Sequence record: SRR31156797_864
DNA length: 32,242 bases
Direction: 5' to 3' (one strand)
The notes under the pieces: generated by a model
What the model was told of the DNA's origin: nothing
Seen by the model: the letters and a program-made list of their open reading frames with translations, nothing else
Databases searched by the model: none
Shown: positions 30,457 through 32,242 of the stretch, piece by piece
How the letters are laid out: every line of letters begins with the position of its first letter
How positions within the stretch are numbered: the first letter of the stretch is position 1
Translations under genes and position numbers: made by a program

Positions 30457-31035
30457 ATGAATACAATATACAACGAACTATCAAATAATGAAAAAATCCT
30501 GTGGGAGGGGCAGCCTAATAACAAACTATTTGTTCTAACAGATTTATTAATTATTCCCTTTAGTATAATGTGGACAAGTTTCGTAGTTGGTTTTGAAATG
30601 ACAACATTTAGAGCAGTAGACACACCATTGTTTTTCAAGCTTTGGGGTGTTCCATTTATACTTGTAGGCTTATACTTGTTATTTGGAAGGTTCATTTACA
30701 AAAGCTATATTTCAAGAAATACCTACTATTATGTTACAAATAAAAGAGTTATTATTAGGAAAGAACTACAAAAACCACAAACAACCAGTATTTATTTGCT
30801 TGAGATAGATGAAATACATAAACGTATATGCCGAAATGATAAGGGAACAATAAGATTAGGATCGTCACTAGGTTTATTCAGCCTTTATGAGAATACAGGC
30901 TTGGAACCATTTGCACGTGGCAGACTAATAAATAATCCGCCAGTGCTCTATAATATAGATAATGCAGAGGATGTATACAAACTTATCTTAAATGCAAAGG
31001 AAAAGAATAGGCTGAATGAGACTTTGATACTATAA
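30457..31035 (+). CDS. Membrane protein with a bacterial PH-like domain
   Basis: EKILWEGQP, IPFS..W, GVPF..VGLY...GRF and T.Y.VTNKRVII motifs; AAGGAG RBS. Confidence 0.8.
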   Translation: MNTIYNELSNNEKILWEGQPNNKLFVLTDLLIIPFSIMWTSFVVGFEMTTFRAVDTPLFFKLWGVPFILVGLYLLFGRFIYKSYISRNTYYYVTNKRVIIRKELQKPQTTSIYLLEIDEIHKRICRNDKGTIRLGSSLGLFSLYENTGLEPFARGRLINNPPVLYNIDNAEDVYKLILNAKEKNRLNETLIL

Positions 31036-31118
31036 TAGTATATATCATTGTTATGCTAGATAAATTGTTATCAATATTTATTATTATTTATTGCAGAGAT
31101 ATTCCAACACGAAATTAT

Positions 31119-31147
31119 TTGACTCCCAAAAAATCGTATGATAGACT
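31119..31147 (+). promoter_or_regulatory. sigma-A promoter of the Thr leader
   Basis: TTGACT-17nt-TAGACT with a TG extension. Confidence 0.65.
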
Positions 31148-31173
31148 TACGTCAATAGATTTGGGAGTAAAAT

Positions 31174-31230
31174 ATGTACAAATCATTGAATATTACCACA
31201 ACCACCACCTATGAGGACTTATCTTTGTAA
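31174..31230 (+). CDS. Threonine-rich leader peptide MYKSLNITTTTTYEDLSL
   Basis: GGGAG RBS at 31163-31167; ACC ACA ACC ACC ACC at 31195-31209; overlaps the first hairpin of an attenuator. Confidence 0.8.
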   Translation: MYKSLNITTTTTYEDLSL

Positions 31231-31339
31231 TTAGCTAATTTAGCAATTAACAGCAAAGACTTAAGTCCTATTGTTGTTGGTTGCAGGGATAGATTATAAA
31301 CACCTTGCATACTGAATATAGTACACAGGGTGTTTTTTT
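31199..31339 (+). promoter_or_regulatory. Ribosome-dependent transcription attenuator (protector, antiterminator, terminator)
   Basis: 1:2 pairings CAACCA/TGGTTG, AGGACTTA/TAAGTCCT and TCTTTG/CAAAGA. 2:3 pairing TTGGT-TGCAGGG/CCTTGCA-t-ACTGA. 3:4 pairing AAACACCTTG/CAGGGTGTTT followed by a T run. Confidence 0.8.
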
Positions 31340-31363
31340 ATATGAAAGGGGGTGATTGTCTCA

Positions 31364-31447
31364 ATGAAATATGGAATTGAAGTAAACTTAATGCTTTTTA
31401 TCAAACCTAAGAGACAGCTAACCATTAACTTCTGCATCAATAATTAA
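31364..31447 (+). CDS. Possible 27-aa small ORF (MKYGIEVNLMLFIKPKRQLTINFCINN)
   Basis: Strong SD AAAGGGGGTGA at 31345-31355 directly after the attenuator terminator. Confidence 0.35.
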   Translation: MKYGIEVNLMLFIKPKRQLTINFCINN

Positions 31448-31468
31448 TAAAAATGATAGGAGTTAAAA

Positions 31469-31618
31469 ATGGAAAATTTCAAAAAAGAGTTGGTATAGAG
31501 ACTAGACATTGCGACTAAAGATATATTTCCTGATGTAAAACTTATAAATTGGGAAATTAATAACGAAGGATTTTACTGCGACTTTGATATGAGCTCAAGC
31601 AAAATAATAAGCATTTAA
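31469..31618 (+). pseudogene. 5' fragment of a threonyl-tRNA synthetase-like gene (N2/editing-domain start) with an internal TAG
   Basis: AGGAG RBS. MENFKKELV*RLDIATKDIFPDVKLINWEINNEGFYCDFDM resembles ThrRS LA.AVKELFP.AKL.IGP.IENGFYYDFD. Confidence 0.7.
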
Positions 31619-32016
31619 TTGAGAAAACATTAAATAGGATAAAAACTCAATTAGGTGCAGTTGATGCCGAATTAGATAAACACAAAAAGGCAAAAGGTTT
31701 CTTATATATGAATTTAATTAATAGAGATATTTCAGAAGATGATTATAGGTTTATGAAAACAGATTTTGAAACAAAATGTTTTGATCTGCAGAAGGAGAAA
31801 GAAAAGCTTAATAATGAATTGAATGATTACAATGATAGAGATTTGTTTGGTAATCCTATAATCAGCACATATACTAAGTATAAAGGCATCGAAAAGCTTG
31901 ATAGAAGGGTAGTTGCTTCACTTATTGATAGTATTATCATTGATGAGACTAACTCGATTAAGATATTATTCAAATTTCAAGATGAAATAAAAAAACATCA
32001 ATTCAAAAATTTGTGA
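31588..32016 (+). pseudogene. C-terminal remnant of a large serine recombinase (TnpX/DUF4368-like tail)
   Basis: Frame is open from 31588 without an RBS or start. Coiled coil, LY.......IS.DDY..MK and Y..I..LDR..V..LID.I.I.....I.I.FKFQDE pattern; no catalytic domain. Confidence 0.75.
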
Positions 32017-32041
32017 TTCAAAATGCTTTTTGATAAAATTA

Positions 32042-32068
32042 AAGCAGGTGATATATACTCACCTGCTT
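32042..32068. terminator. Terminator-like hairpin between the recombinase remnant and the convergent tRNA operon
   Basis: AAGCAGGTGA-tatatac-TCACCTGCTT, perfect 10-bp stem. Confidence 0.7.
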
Positions 32069-32113
32069 AAATTTCCCGTTCTAGGACTAAATCTTTTGTT
32101 TAATCCGAACTAA

Positions 32114-32198
32114 TGGTGGAGGGAGGTGGATTCGAACCACCGAAGTCGTCGACAACAGATTTACAGTCTGCCCCCTTTGGCCACTCGGGAACCCCTCC
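32114..32198 (-). tRNA. tRNA-Tyr(GTA)
   Basis: Reverse complement GGAGGGGTTCCCGAGTGGCCAAAGGGGGCAGACTGTAAATCTG...GGTTCGAATCCACCTCCCTCCACCA; long variable arm; encoded CCA. Confidence 0.97.
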
Positions 32199-32202
32199 AT
32201 AT

Positions 32203-32242
32203 TGGAGCTGATGATGGGACTTGAACCCGCAACCTGCTGATT
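32203..32242 (-). tRNA. 3' half of a tRNA, probably tRNA-Thr(TGT) (runs off the window end)
   Basis: Reverse complement AATCAGCAGGTTGCGGGTTCAAGTCCCATCATCAGCTCCA; common Thr-Tyr gene order. The anticodon lies just outside the window. Confidence 0.8.

Noticed and set aside
31122-31168. Inverted repeat ACTCCCAAA / TTTGGGAGT able to sequester the leader RBS
   Set aside because: The left arm lies upstream of the predicted start site, so it would matter only in read-through RNA. It is not supportable as a separate element.
31036-31340. T-box riboswitch upstream of the ThrRS-like fragment
   Set aside because: No AGGGTGGNACC(G/A)CG T-box bulge or recognisable stem I specifier loop; the leader-peptide model fits much better.
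31496-31498. In-frame TAG as possible pyrrolysine or stop-codon recoding
   Set aside because: The ORF is truncated about 30 codons later anyway, TAG serves as a normal stop elsewhere in the window (for example adhE and hydA) and no pyl genes are present.
29700-32140. attL/attR duplication of the tRNA-Tyr 3' end
   Set aside because: No second copy of the tRNA 3' sequence was found by eye within the window.

Overview
A low-GC chromosomal segment from a spore-forming anaerobic Firmicute (Clostridia-like), bounded by tRNA genes: a partial tRNA, probably Arg, at the left end, and tRNA-Tyr plus a partial tRNA, probably Thr, at the right end. From left to right it encodes a GH94 glycoside phosphorylase, a membrane diguanylate cyclase, an MBL-fold hydrolase, a K+-dependent membrane pyrophosphatase, YihY and YegP proteins and isocitrate dehydrogenase. 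Next is a strongly reduced spoIIIA operon (AB-AH): spoIIIAA is absent, AF is truncated and AG lacks its beta-insertion. After a DsrE-like gene and an aminotransferase comes a redox/H2 block: adhE divergent from rex-hydCBA (bifurcating-type [FeFe]-hydrogenase), then hydS and a PP2C phosphatase, with three Rex boxes. The most striking feature is not in the ORF track (31119-31618). It is a complete, classical ribosome-dependent transcription attenuator: a sigma-A promoter, an 18-aa leader peptide with five consecutive Thr codons, and protector, antiterminator and terminator hairpins. It lies in front of a decayed threonyl-tRNA-synthetase-like gene fragment that abuts the C-terminal remnant of a large serine recombinase next to tRNA-Tyr. 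This looks like a relic mobile element that carried a Thr-sensing, leader-peptide-controlled ThrRS paralog, in a phylum that normally uses T-boxes. All calls come from motif recognition by eye; no database searches or folding programs were run.
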